64,000 bases of DNA. It comes from the human T2T-CHM13v2.0 reference genome, Homo sapiens. Position numbers and translations under genes: made by a program. Below the pieces are notes generated by a model. The model was not told where the DNA came from, did not search any database, and was given only the letters and a program-made list of their open reading frames with translations. Of the stretch, positions 45,434 to 60,115 are shown piece by piece; within the stretch, counting starts at the first letter, position 1, and each line of letters begins with the position of its first letter. The stretch is from NCBI RefSeq assembly GCF_009914755.1, contig NC_060939.1. One strand, 5' to 3'.

Positions 45434-47213
45434 CTAAAAAAAATAATCAAAATTACAAATTATATTCCCAAGTAAAACTGGAAGATAGTCCTGCATATAA
45501 TTCAACAGCTTTAATATTACATTCTTGTTTTATTGAAGACTTGAATTTTAGTGCAGTTTTAGGTTCACGCAAAATTGAAAGTACAGAGATTTATTTTTGT
45601 GTTCTTTTTTCCTTTGAGACAGGCTCTGTCTCCCAAGCTAGAGTGCAACGGCATGATCATAGCTCACTGCAGCTTTGACCTCGCAGGGTAAGCAGTCCTC
45701 CCACCTCGACCTCCCAAACTGTCATCTTTTCTGCTTTGGAAAGGGAAACAGATCTTTACAAGAAGAAAAGATGGAACTCAGGATGCACTAAACGTGCACC
45801 CTGATCATTTTCTGTTCCCATCTTCCTCAAGAATCTTTTAAATAATAATTCTCGAAACAACATTAGCATATAACTCAGAAGCAATAAATGATTCCAAGGT
45901 TTCACTTCTTTAGAAACACAACTTATCAAATGTCAAGCGCTGGTTTCTGATGAGCTGGCTGTGTCCTAGATGAGGACAAAGCACCGGCATCTGTGGAGTG
46001 GGGCGACCAGACGCTCATGCAGCCCGCTTGGCTGGCTTTGGGATGAGGAGATGTGTGGCAAATGAGGCCACCCTCTGCCGTGGGGCCACCCCTGCCCAGG
46101 CTCTGATGCCTCTGTGGGGAAAGGCCCCAGGCAGGGAGCCAGGCCTGCTTCCTGCAGGCAAGGGAGGCTGAGGGAGGAAGCAGCGACTGGTGTCAGGCAG
46201 CATGCTATAGGCTGGATGCTGGCGGCCAGCACCACATCCGCCCTCAGGGACAGGGTTCCAGGTGCCATATACATCGCTCCTAACAGGCCTACGCAGTAGG
46301 GAACACTTCTGCTCACACCTGAGGGACCCAGGCCCCAGAAGTGACGTGTCAAAGATGGTGGTATCAGGATCTGAGCTGTGTGCCCCGAGCCCAGACGGTG
46401 CGCTATGGCATAGCCTCTTCCAGCCCCCATACCACCTGCTCTCTAGTGAGTACACCTTCTAAGATCTCGTGCTCACTGAAATAGCCATTTCTGAGCCTGA
46501 TGACACTGTAGCCATGGGGGGCACTGCGGTGCTTCCGGAGGCAGCCCCAGCCTCTTGGATGGTATTACCAAACCCAGCCATGTGAAGCTTCACATGTCTT
46601 TTAGGAACAGCTAAGAAATGTCACGAAACCTCCTCCCGCAACCTGGATCTCCACAGATAGGATCTAGCTTTCTTGGTCCACCCCTAAATTCTCACCTCTG
46701 CTTCCCTAGAAGCGATAAAGTGCTGACTAACTCCACATTACATGAAGAGTTCAGAGTCAGGGACCACAGAGGAAAGGTAAAGGCAGGTGGCAGGTGGGGT
46801 GTGCTTGGGCAGGGGCTCTCACTGGAGGAGGAGGCAATGGACCGAGACCACAGGGCAATTCCACCAGGCCTCGGCTCACTCGCTCAGACACAGGCTCAGC
46901 GCCAACCACATGAGACTCACTGGTGGTGCAGCTGCCCCGGCCTGGCCACCACATTCTCAAAGAGGGGCGGGTGCACACATGAGAGTAAAATGCAGAAAGT
47001 CAGTTCCAGCCAGATCGCCGGATCCCACAGCCACTCCACACACCTGCATCGGAGGTGCCTGGGAGCTTATTTAAATTGCAGGCTCCGAGGACAGAGCGCC
47101 AGCTGCAGGTGCGTCCTGACATCCCATTCTAAGGCCCAGATGACAGTGGTGGCAGCCAGCACCTGGACAGTTTGTGGGCTGCCTTGGACTAAACACCTTC
47201 CTGAGTCACCCAC

Positions 47214-47406
47214 CAGAGTCATCCTCTGTGTCCGAATCCTCTGCTGAGGGCTGTGCAGCAGCCGGCAGCTCTGCCAGCTTGAGGTCGTATTTTCCTTCTT
47301 TCCCCATCCTGTAGGAGTTGGTGCTGCCTGTGTCCCACTGGACTCTTATCCATCCGTCCTCTCCCAGCTCACCAATCACGCGGCCTAGGCCTGGAGGAGG
47401 CCCATC
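47214..47406 (-). CDS. HERC2: HERC2 window exon 12/40 (MIB/HERC2 domain)
   Basis: [10 protein letters not shown]...[24 protein letters not shown]...DDS|gtgggt; 193 nt. Confidence 0.93.
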
Positions 47407-47427
47407 CTGAGAAAGCCAAAGTAGAGA

Positions 47428-47804
47428 TCAGTTAGGAGGGTGCGTAACCTGCCCTGGTCCTTCCATGGCTCCCAGCAGACCTCAGTTAGGAGGGTGCATG
47501 CCCTGCCCTGGTCCTTCCATGGCTCCCAGCAGACCTCAGTTAGGAGGGTGTGTGCCCTGCCCTGGTCCTTCCATAGCTCCCACCAGACCTCAGTTAGGAG
47601 GGTGCGTGCCCTGCCCTGGTCCTTCCATGGCTCCCACCAGACCTCAGTTAGGAGGGTGCATGCCCTGCCCTGGTCCTTCCATGGCTCCCACCAGACCTGT
47701 TAGGAGGGTGCGTGCCCTGCCCTGGTCCTTCCATGGCTCCCACCAGACCTCAGTTAGGAGGGTGCGTGCCCTGCCCTGGTCCTTCCATGGCTCCCACCAG
47801 ACCT
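47428..47804. repeat. Minisatellite, 7 x 54 bp, just upstream of the exon 12 acceptor
   Basis: GTTAGGAGGGTG recurs at 47431, 47485, 47539, 47593, 47647, 47699, 47753. Confidence 0.95.
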
Positions 47805-48789
47805 GCCACACAGATGTCGCCATATGCCACCCTGTCTGTCAGGGGCTGTCCCCAGACACAGATTTCACCTCTCCTACAAAATGTGTGCTTGCATCATTTT
47901 AAATTAAATGGCATAAAATAACGTGCTCATGCTGCTTTACCAAGGAAGTCGGGGAAATCTCATCTCAATGAGGATCCTCTGAGTCAATGCAGAGACAGGG
48001 CTTTGCAGCAAGTCCTGACCCCACAATCCCTCACGGGCCTTGCAAGAGCGGAAACCTGAAACAAGCACCAGCACCTCCACATTCCCTTTGCTTCAGTTTC
48101 CCCTGGGCCCCAGGGGGAAGCTCTGTCTCTCACTTCTGCAGGAGAAAGCTGTTTCTAGGATGGATGCTGTCTCCAGACACTGCTATTTCTAAGATGACTG
48201 TGACAAAGCCGGGGCTTACCAGCGTGGCTGAGAAAAGCCAGACAGACCATGGGAAGGTGAACACTGCCCTAACTTAGCTAGGGCTGTGGTAAGTGACTTC
48301 CACCTGGGGGCACCTGGCAGAGATTTAGAAGAGACCTGCGATGAGGGAAGATGGAAACGTGGCCACAGGCCCATGAAGTAGATCCCTAACTACTGGCTTC
48401 AGGGCACTTCGCAGCACATGGCCATCAGCCCACAGGGGCAGCATCTGGGCTTCCTGCCTCAGAGCCTTCACTACACCAACTTTCAGAATGAGATTTACTC
48501 TCTTGCTCACTCTCACACTCTTGTTCCAGTGACCCATCAAACTGAGCCTCATGCCAGTGAGTTTCCTGAAAAGAGCTGCCTCTCTTTCCAGACTTGATTC
48601 TGCTCAGATGCCCTACTTATGATTCCCTACTTGTGTTCACTCCCTTCGGCTGCTCGGGAACCAACACCTGTGTCATCAATCAACTGACACATCCTGGATT
48701 ATTCCAATTTCCACCCACCAATATCGTACAGAACTGTGCAGAAGATAACTAATGTGTGGCTAATGTGTTCACATCAAATCTCTGAGTAC

Positions 48790-48977
48790 CTGATCGCCCC
48801 ATTTCCAGTCCACACCTCTCATGACCCTTGTTCCAATCTTCATCATGGCAGCCAGTTCTGGCCCTGAAACAGGGAGCTGCACAGGAGCCGTTTCCTTCCT
48901 TGTTTCTTCCAAAACTGTGGCAGAAGCACCTTGAGCAGAAGCATTCATATCTTCCTCAACGTTGTCACAACTGGGGC
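48790..48977 (-). CDS. HERC2: HERC2 window exon 11/40 (start of MIB/HERC2 domain)
   Basis: (G)[10 protein letters not shown]...[15 protein letters not shown]|gtactc; 188 nt; RGxDWKWGDQDG is the MIB/HERC2 signature. Confidence 0.93.
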
Positions 48978-49366
48978 CTGATGGAGCGTCAAAAACAATA
49001 GCTGAGCCAACAAGTAGCTACAGTGTCCCCTTAATACACACAAAACATTCACAAAGTACTAATGAAGATCGTAATTTTGAACAATCCATACTATATGTTT
49101 TATCAATATAATATTATGAATATTTTACTGATATAGGATAAAAAGAAGATAAACGGAAGGATGAAATACATAAATATCCTAGGAAGATATAAAAGATATT
49201 AAAATGCTCAGTAAAGCTACTCTCTCTACTTCTAGGAATTACTCCCCCCAAAAAAGCAAAATAACTAAGTTAGAAAGATATTCATCATATTTTTTATTAA
49301 TAGAAAAACAAAGATAACTACCTAAATATCTAACAGTGGGAAACTAACAAACTTTAATCATGGTTC

Positions 49367-50820
49367 TGTGCAGAAGACAGCTAACAGCTGGCCCGAGATA
49401 CAACCTCAGACAGGGTTGCTGCAGGCTGGCCCTCGGCTGGAGTCTGGATCTCAGGAGGGCTCTCCCATTCCCTAGGTAGTAGGTGTGGTTCCCTGTGCCT
49501 GAACTGTCTGTACAAACAATGTGGTCTGTGCTGAAACCTGCTTTCCTTGTTCTGGAACTTCGTATGCGCCAGGAAGGGGGTGCCCGTGTGATCAGCCCTA
49601 ATGGAAACCCTGGGCCTGGAGTCTCTATCCAGCTTCCCGGCAGACAGCACCTGACACAGCTCAGTGCCAGGGCAGTTACGCTCGTCCTGTGTGGATCCTG
49701 TGGAAGCTTGTACCTGCTTTCCTCTGGACTTTACCCATGTCCTTTTTTCATGATTTTGCTCTGTGTGCCTTCACTGTAATAAACTATAGCCCTGAGTTCA
49801 ACTACATGCTGAGTCTTGTGAGTCCTCCTGGCCAACCATCAAACCTGGGGGTGGTCTTGGAGACCCCTGACAATTGGTGCCCTGGGTGGCTACAGAGTCA
49901 TCCATAGCACAAAACAGAAGCCGAGCTGCTGTCACCTGAGAGCAGTAAAACTTCCCAATGGATTTGAAAATAGGAGCGCTAACCCCAGGAGAGTAGGCTA
50001 GATTTTTAACCCCCCTTTTCCCACTTGCTAAACTGAGAGGGGGTAGGAGTGTGGTTCTGGTAACTCCCTTGATTTTAGTTTTCTCCTCCAGGTGGGCGGG
50101 AAAAAGACCCAAACAGTCCCAAAGGTGGGCTTGGGCGGACCAAAAAATGTAAAAAGTTTGTGTTTCTCTCTCTTCCAAGAGAGCAACAAAGGATATTCAA
50201 TTCCCAGGGCTGGAGCAAAACTTTAGATAAACTAGCAGGGGAAACAGCCTTTCCTTTAGCCTAGCCGCTACTTTAGGGCCCCCAGGAAGGGGCCCCAAGG
50301 AAGGGACAGGAGTTGCATTCTAGGTGGATCTCCCAGGAGCCCCTGGGCAGCTATACTGTTAACTCTGTAAAGACTGAATGTATTGCTAAGGACTTGAATA
50401 AATTTGCAAGCAAAACTGGGGGAATTTTTCATTTTGCATAGCTTTATGTTTTCTGGCTGTTACATGTGGATGTATACATTAAGCTGGTATAAAATATTAT
50501 ATGCTTATGATTTCTTAAATGACAAGAAGGATACCCTGATCAGGGCAGGCCGCAAATATAGACAGATATTCATGAGACACAACTTCCTTGCTTTTTGCAG
50601 CCAGTGGGCCAGATGAAATTTAAACACATGAATACTATCAACAGAACAAGTCCCCATACTTAATGATTTGTGCTGTGATTGTTACTTATTGGAACCTCTG
50701 GGAAAAAAGTAGACAACATAAAAAGGCCATTTCTCGATGGAGATATGCTTTTGTAATTTTTAAATGCAACTTTTGGTTGCTAATGAGGCCTCAAGAAATC
50801 AGATATAACCCTTACTAGAT
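49367..50820 (+). mobile_element. MER21-group LTR (49367-49872) followed by PBS-like motif and probable internal ERV remnant
   Basis: TGTGCAGAAGACAGCTAAC...GTCTTGGAGACCCCTGACA then TTGGTGCCC; AATAAA at ~49778; right boundary of internal part uncertain. Confidence 0.6.
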
Positions 50821-50875
50821 TATTATTTTCAGCTGTAATACACATATTAAAATATATATTTAACACAACATATAA

Positions 50876-51293
<418 letters not shown>

Positions 51294-51878
51294 TGAATGG
51301 ATTAATGTGAACTCTAAGACTGATGTGATTAAAAGAGCTTGGGAAAACCTTGCTTTTTCACTGTGACTTTGATAACTGGCCCTGCAGCATCTCAGTTTTA
51401 GCCAAAGAACACCACCATAAACCAATCAGATCTAATAGACATATACAGAACATCTCACCAAAAAGAGCAGAATACACATTCTTCTCAAGTATACCACAGA
51501 ACACTCTCTTAGACTGACCAGACCATATGTTAGGCCACAAAGTCTTAAATTTAAACAGACTAAAATCATACAAATTACCTTCTCCAACCAAAATGAAATG
51601 AGAAATAAAAAAAAGAAAAGTGGAAAATTTACAAGTATATGAAAATTAAACAACACACAGTAAACAACCAGTGGGTCAAAGAAGAAATCACAAGGGAAAT
51701 TAGAAAATACTATGAGATGAATGAAAACACAACTACCAAAACTTCTGTGCTGCGCCAAAAGCAGGGATGAAGGGGCAATTATACTATGAAAGTCTGCATT
51801 TACAAAAGATGATCTCAAATCAATAACTTAACTCTACATCTGGAAGAACTAAAAAATAACACAATAAAAACCAAAGTT

Positions 51879-52050
<172 letters not shown>

Positions 52051-52188
52051 ACAAAGCAGAAAGAAGGAAACGATAGAGATTAGAGCAGCCATAAATTAAA
52101 TAGAGAATAGAAAAATAACAAAACCAAAAGTTTGGTTTCTGACAAGAACAAAAAATCTGACAAATTTTTGGTAAATTAAGAAAAAAAG

Positions 52189-52554
<366 letters not shown>

Positions 52555-53766
52555 TTAAAATAAAAAAGATTATAAAAGAACACTGTGAACTACTGTATGC
52601 CAACAAATAAAATAGCCTAGATAAAATGGACACATTCCTAAAAACATAAATTACCCGAACTGACTCAAGAAGAAATAGAAAATCTGAATAGACCCGTAAC
52701 AAGTAAAGAGATTGAATCAGTAATTAAAAATCTTTCAACAAAGAAAAGCTTAGCTGGTCAACTCTACCAAAGATTTAAAGCAGAATTGACACCAATCCTC
52801 AAACTCTTCTAAAAACAGAATATATGGGAACACTACCCAGTTCATTCTATGAGGCCATTATTACCCTGATAACTGTAAAACAATAAAATACTGCTGAAAG
52901 AAATTAAAGAGGACAGAAATAAATGGAAAGACATTCCACATTCAGAGAATGGATGTTAACATTGTTAAGATGGCACTATTCCCCAAAACAATCTACAGAT
53001 TCAATCCCTAGCAAAAATCCCAATGGTCTTTTTTGCAGATATGGAAAAGCCAGCCTTGAAGTTCATGTGAAAATGCAAGGGACCCAAAGTAGCCAAAATC
53101 ATCTTGAGAAAGAAAACACACTTCTCAATTTTAAAACAGTACAAAACTACAATGTTCAAAACAGGGGGTACCTGCACAATTATCAACATATAGAATGTGA
53201 TAATGTAATTGAGAGTCCAGAAATAAACCTAAATATCCACAGCCAACTGATTTTTGCCAAGGGTACCCAGAACTTCAGGGAAAGAACAGTCCTCAACAAG
53301 TGGTATTGAAACAATCAGATCATCAAAAAAAACAGGTTGGACTCTTACCTCACACTGTGTAAAAGAAATTACCTAAAAATGGACCAAAGATCTAAATACA
53401 AGAGCTGAAACTATAAAACTTACAGAAGAAAACATGAGGATAATCTTCATCAACCTTGTATTTGGAAATGGCTTTTTGGATACGATATCAAAAGCATAGA
53501 CGACAAAAGAGAAACAGATAAATTGAACTTCATCAAAATAAAAAACTTCTCTATCAAAGGAAATACAATCCAGAGAACAGGAGAAAATACCCTCAAATGA
53601 TATACCTGATAAAGGTCTACAGATCTGTGAAGGTCTAGTATACACGAAATTTTTAAAGAGTCTGAGGACTGGTGTTAATTCTTCTTTAAAGGTTTGGTAC
53701 ACTTATATAGTGCATTTATTGGTACAACAACAAGGTGATGACAACCCTATTTAAAAAGGAGAAACG

Positions 53767-54057
<291 letters not shown>

Positions 54058-54903
54058 TAAAATAAACAATAAAGAGAAAGGGACTTGAATAGACACTTCT
54101 CCAAAGAAGATACACAAATGGCCAACAAGCACAAACATGTAAAGAAGCTCAATGTCATTCATCATTAGTGAAATGCAAATCAAAATCACAATGAGACACC
54201 ACTTCACACCCACTACGATGGCCTTCATCCAAAAAAAAAAAGAAAAAAAAAAAAAACACAAAAAATAGTGTTGGCAGGGAAGCAGAGAAACTGGAACCCT
54301 GGAATCCTGCCCACTGGTGGTGGGAATGTAAAAATGATATGGCACTGTGGAAAACTTTGGTAGTTTCTCAGTAAGTTACACATAGTTGTACCATATGACC
54401 CTGTAATTCCAGTCCTAGGTGTATAATCAAAAGAACTAGAAACAAGCATTCAAACAAGTATTTGTATATAAATGTTCCTAGCAGCACTATTCACAAAAGT
54501 CAAAAGGCAAAACCAACCCAAATGTCCATCAACAGATAAATGAACAAAATGTTATATATTCATACAATGAAATCTTTTTCAGCCATAAAAATAAAGTACT
54601 GATATATACCAAATGAAATAACCCAGACACAAAGGCCACAAATGGTATGATTCCATTTATATGAAATATCCAGGATATGCAAATCCATAGACAGGGAAAG
54701 CAGATTTGTGACTACCAGGGGCTGGAGGGCAGAGGAGTGAGGACTGATGGCTAAATGGTGTGCATTTATAGTGATGAAAAAGTTCTACAACTAGACAGTG
54801 GTGATGACTCTAGAAAATCGTAAATGTATTTGATACCGCTGAATTGTGACGTTAAAATGGTACACTTCCTATTTGTGTCTTACCATAATTTACAAAAAGC
54901 TTT

Positions 54904-54937
<34 letters not shown>

Positions 54938-54991
54938 TCAAAGCAAAATCTTGACATTTTCCCAAAGGCGCTCAAGCGGGTGCAGACCTAC

Positions 54992-55183
54992 CAATCAGGC
55001 GCAGTGCCGTCTGCGTGAGGGCCAGCATGCCGGAATTGAGCAGAAGGTCGAGGTTGTTTGCGCCGTGCTGCAGGGTGAGCATGCTGAGCATCACCAGGAG
55101 GAAGCGGGCTTGCGGGATGGTCCCCAGGCTCGGTCCTGACGGGTTCTCATTGGTGATGGTTTGCAGGGGAACCGGCTGGATAC
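54992..55183 (-). CDS. HERC2: HERC2 window exon 10/40
   Basis: (G)IQPVPLQT...TALRLI|gtaggt; 192 nt, phase 1-1. Confidence 0.9.
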
Positions 55184-55461
55184 CTAATGAGCATTGGCAC
55201 CTACTGACATTTCTTGTGATGGATACAAGAATAAACGTAACGCAGAAAGCACGGGCGATTACTCTAAACATCTGACTATTTTGAAACCCACTGACATTTC
55301 TTCTGCATGGATGCAAGAATAAACGTAACGCAGAAAGCACGGGCGATTACTCTAAACATCTGACTAATAAGCATTGACACCCACCTACATTTCTTGTGCA
55401 TGGATACAAGAATAAACGTAATGCAGAAAGCACGGGCAATTACTTTAAACATCTAACTATT
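55184..55461. repeat. Tandem triplication, ~88-93 bp unit, abutting the exon 10 acceptor
   Basis: AAGAATAAACGTAA(C/T)GCAGAAAGCACGGGC at 55227, 55315, 55408. Confidence 0.92.
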
Positions 55462-55968
55462 TTCCAGGGGTTTCCACAGAGTGGGCAGCTCTGTCATGCT
55501 GCACGATGGGCCTACCCCCTGCATTCTATGCACAGGTTGTTCCATCTGTCTACAGGACTTAGCATGTTGCTCTCTGAATACTCTGGTGCCCTATTCCATT
55601 CCTTCCATTTCGAATATAAAAGTTATGTCTCACTTTTCCTCCACAAAACCAATCCAATCAACTCTCTGTAGATGCTCAAACTATCCAGGAAATAAATATT
55701 AATATAGGACACAGACACTTTAGGATATGTGGTGATACACATCAAAATGTAAAAATGTTATACTAGAGTACTTCAACATTGTGTCTCCTGCTAAATTTTG
55801 AAGTTTTGTTTAAAATCTGAGAAAGCTGACAGCAGCATAGATTATACAAGTACAAAGTACAAACTTTAATTAAAATCTTCTCAAAAGCAAAAATTGGCAT
55901 TTGCAAGTTTCCACAACATATAATTAAAGGCAAACTATAAAATAACATTGATACAATTATTGACTCAC

Positions 55969-56120
55969 CAAGCTCTTTAAATTTGGCACTGGCATCCATC
56001 AAAACATTTCGAATGTTCTGTACAGCCCAAGCGTACAGCTTGCCAAAGGTGACTTCCAGCAGCATCCGATTAAAAGGCGGGATCAAATCAACATCCTTTA
56101 AACAATCAGTAAGAGGTTCC
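55969..56120 (-). CDS. HERC2: HERC2 window exon 9/40
   Basis: (G)EPLTDCLKDV...KFKEL|gtgagt; 152 nt, phase 2-1. Confidence 0.92.
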
Positions 56121-56233
56121 CTTTCAAATAAAGATAAAGAATTTGACTTGGGACACTGCCAGACTTCTGTTACAGAACAACATTTTGTTGCCATAGCTAC
56201 CTTAATTAAGAAAAAAATATGCTAACGTTTTAC

Positions 56234-56370
56234 CCTATATCGATTCCCTCAGGAATAAGTCTTTGCCATCCACAAAACATCGCATACTGCACAGATGGAA
56301 GTAAGAAATTCTTGCTCGCCAGTTTTAAAATTGTATCTATCCCTTCCAGGCGAACCTCTGCTCTCTCCAA
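56234..56370 (-). CDS. HERC2: HERC2 window exon 8/40
   Basis: LERAEVRLEG...PEGIDI|gtaaaa; 137 nt, phase 0-2. Confidence 0.9.
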
Positions 56371-56447
56371 CTGCAAAATATCAATGCATACAGTTAAGTG
56401 TTATGTATATTACCCAATGCAGAGAAGCATTTCTCATCAAATGTTAC

Positions 56448-56621
56448 CTGTTTTAGTAGGCACTTTCTCATTTTTTCCACATCCACTGGCTCTTCTTTAA
56501 GGGCAAATTCAGCAATTGTACTGAGGAGTGGAGACTGCGGATAAAGACCCTGCACATTCTGCTTCAACCACTTGTATTTGTGAACACCTGTAACAGTACT
56601 CAACAGCGGCTGCCATTTGTC
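56448..56621 (-). CDS. HERC2: HERC2 window exon 7/40
   Basis: DKWQPLLSTV...KCLLKQ|gtaaca; 174 nt, phase 0-0. Confidence 0.92.
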
Positions 56622-57140
56622 CTAACAAAGGAAAACAATTTTCATCATTAGTCTACCCTATTTAATAATAAACTGTGCTCTAAAAGTTATTCAAGTAAAA
56701 TATAAATAATGCTCATAGGTTTAAATTGGTTAAATTTAGTAATACATGGTTTTAAAACTATGCTATAAATATACTTATAAGTGATTTTATAATCTCTATA
56801 CTAATATATGTTGGAACAGGCTAGCTTGGCATACAAAGCTAAGTTATGGTTCATATTAATAGCCACAGGGCCCAGCACTGTTTCTGGAACAAAGAATATA
56901 TTTAAGGAATGAATGGTGAATAATTAATGATACAATCTAATACCAAAAATAAAAGGAAACCCTTCTCCAGCTACAGCTCTGACCAGGACATCATAAGCCA
57001 AGTTCATGAAGCATCACTGGGGCCATGTTTCTAACAACCGCCCGTCCCTCCCTCCAGATGCTCAGGACAAGACTGTGGATTCCTGTGCTACATGCTATGA
57101 TTCTATTCAGCCAACCTCAGAATCACAGAAAATACTGCAC

Positions 57141-57274
57141 CTTGGGTGATTTAATTGCAATGGGTCTCTTGTCCACATTTATTGGACTATGAGGCAAAAT
57201 GCAAGCTTCTTCTAAATCACTCTCTTCGTTTCCAATTTTTTCTTCATCATCCGTAGATTCTGGCTTCTTAGGAA
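57141..57274 (-). CDS. HERC2: HERC2 window exon 6/40
   Basis: (V)PKKPESTDDEEK...IKSPK|gtgcag; 134 nt, phase 1-0. Confidence 0.9.
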
Positions 57275-57499
57275 CTGTGTTTTAAAACATCATTCACTAT
57301 AAAAATCATACACTTAAATATTAATTTTAAATTAAGAAATACTTAGATTTACATGAAGGACAAATATCTCATTCAAATAAACATCTGAACAACATTATAA
57401 ATTGCAATGCTCAACAACAAGAGTGAAATGATCACCCTGGCAGAACAAAAAGACAAAGTGAGAGTGCGACGAGGGGAGAAGCCCCGAAGCACGGGAAGC

Positions 57500-57826
57500 C
57501 CGGCAGCCAGCAAGCTCTTCCTCAAGTGCCAGAGAGTGAACATTTGAGTCTTTCAGGCCATGCAGTCTGTCGCAAATACTCAACTCTGCTGCTGTAGCAC
57601 AAAAAGTAACCACAGATAAAGCAACAGGTGTGGCTGTGCTCCTGTAAAACTTTATTTATGGTGCTACAATTTTAGCTTCATGTAATTTTCATGTGCCAAA
57701 ATAATATACTTCTTTTAATTTTTAAAAAACAATTTCAAACTGAAAAAAAAAAAGGTCTTAGTCCATGGGCAACACAAAGCAAGCAAGAGGTAGAATTTGG
57801 CCCATAGTTCCTGGCTTGTCCACCCT
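57500..57826 (+). mobile_element. MER58-type hAT relic
   Basis: GCCAGAGAGTGAACATTTG...CAAATACTCAACTCTGCTGCTGTAGC. Confidence 0.6.
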
Positions 57827-57979
57827 GGTCCAGTTCAGTGGTTCTGTTACTGTGTAACTGAATCAACTGAATTCACTGCGATATGTGGAATTTCCTCCCT
57901 ATACTTTATCTCTTTTAAAATTTTTGGTCTAAATCTCCTCAGCATATAATATAAAAAATAAGCAACATGATAATACACC

Positions 57980-58565
57980 TGGGCAGTAAAGAGCTAACAT
58001 AGCAGGCCGGGGTTGCTCAAACCCTGCAAATTCCCAAGGAAGGTCTGTCCCTTCAGGATTGGTCCTTCTTCTAGGAGCTGAGCTCTGAGCCCTTGGAACA
58101 TCCTGCCTGAGAAGTTTTTTGGTATACCTGACACCCAGGACCTTGTGGCAGTGGTCTGGCCAGGTAGTTTATGCTAATGATGGGACTTGCGAGGGACCAC
58201 TTGTTTTTGCATTGGGGCACTGGAGTCTGAGTGAGGTCAGTCACATGGGCACTGCCTGCGTATGTGACTGGCCCCCAACAAAATCTCTAGACTCGCTCAG
58301 GTGCGCTGGCCTGGTTAACAATTCTTCACACATGATATGACACTGTTGCTGGGAGAGCTAAGCACATCCACGTGACGCCACTGGGGAGAGACACCAAAGC
58401 GTGTGCCTAGTTTCCTCTGGACTTCCCTCCATGCACCCTTCCCTCTGCTAATTTTAATCTGTATCCTTTTTGCAGTAAAAAAACACAGCTGTGACTATAA
58501 CAGCTCTTCTGAGTCCTTTTAGTGAATCATCAAGCCTGAGAGAAGGCTCGGGGATCCCTGACACA
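57980..58565 (+). mobile_element. MER21/MER68-group solo LTR
   Basis: TGGGCAGTAAAGAGCTAACATAGCAGGCC...GGGATCCCTGACACA; similar ends to 49367-49872. Confidence 0.6.
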
Positions 58566-59033
58566 GCAACAGGAATATTAATCACTTAATCTTTTCAAGT
58601 TACTTAATTTCCAAAAAAAAAAAAAGAAAACCAGCTTGAAACAACACACAATAAATCTATAAACCCACAGGAAACTCTAAAAGTGACAGTGTGGGCTCAG
58701 AACCCACGGATATGAGATGGCAAATGTGGAGTCTCTCTCCCTCATGCCGAGGCAGCCTGTCTCCTGGGCCCAGGCTGAGTTCCTGCATGCCTGGGTTAAA
58801 GGAATCGCAGCAGTGTGACTGCTGTGACTTCCGGATCCAGAGCACCCCTCGCATTCAGACAGGCTGTTATGGTGTAGGGTTTGTTCAGGAACAATCAAAT
58901 TAGGATGGCTTCTAACACACTTTAGTCTTTCATAAGCTTATTGTTCAAAATGCCCATCGGAAACTCAGTAATCAATACTGGTCAATAAGCAGGTTTGTGA
59001 GTAAATCAGTATAAGTCATAAGAATATGATCAG

Positions 59034-59384
<351 letters not shown>

Positions 59385-59919
59385 CTAAATTCTAAACTAT
59401 TTTATAATTTCTAAGCATTTTTATTCAAATTTGGATTTAATGCAAAAAGACTTTTCTGTACCTTTACACAGCTACTTCCAGGAAAATGTAACTCTTTTAG
59501 CTTGCCTTTATAATTCTCCATGTATCAGAATACTCAATATTTCCAAACAAAAAACATTTCTTTAGAAGAATGGCAATAAGTTTAAATGTTCCCATTATAT
59601 CTCATTACCAGGATAACTAATAAAATAAAAATACTTCCTTGTTCCCATCAATTTAGTAAAGATTATTTATGTTTTCAACATCAATTTACTAGTAATCAAA
59701 TCATACCACACTCAATTCCTAAACTGTCTCATTGTCTGATTACTTGGAAAAACAAGCGAGATTTCTGTATTTAATCGTAACTGTAATAAAAATGATGGCA
59801 GCAGGTAGAAATGTCACATGGAATCAACAGTAGAGAAACTTCACTCTGAAATCACAGATCCAATGTGGCAGGGTGAAGCACAAGCTTTAATAGTATCTTC
59901 TGTCCTTTTACATTCTTAC

Positions 59920-60115
59920 CTCTCTTTTTCCTTCGTTCTCGAATTATCTTTTGAGCTATCCTCCTCCAACGGGGCAAAGAACTTAACAATTTAAACTTAG
60001 ACATTATAGAGAGGTCATTACAAACAGCAGGTCTCAATTCATTAAAGAGGAATCTCAAACGTTCGATGACAGGAGCGCAGACCTCCTTGTAAGAACGGCC
60101 CTGTTCTTGATGAGT
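59920..60115 (-). CDS. HERC2: HERC2 window exon 5/40
   Basis: THQEQGRSYK...RRKKR|gtaaga; 196 nt, phase 0-1. Confidence 0.92.

Noticed and set aside
46618-47247. 209-aa plus-strand ORF
   Set aside because: GC-rich intron, no recognisable motif; likely a chance ORF
41062-47804. Regular repeats as CRISPR-like arrays
   Set aside because: Units are contiguous tandem copies with no unique spacers, in a primate intron with no cas genes
47440-47921. Repetitive ORFs (PCPGPSMAP…, LPWSFHGS…)
   Set aside because: Translation of the 54-bp minisatellite; no evidence of a promoter or splicing
52923-53309. L1 ORF2-like peptide
   Set aside because: Short, frameshifted relic of an old L1; not an active element
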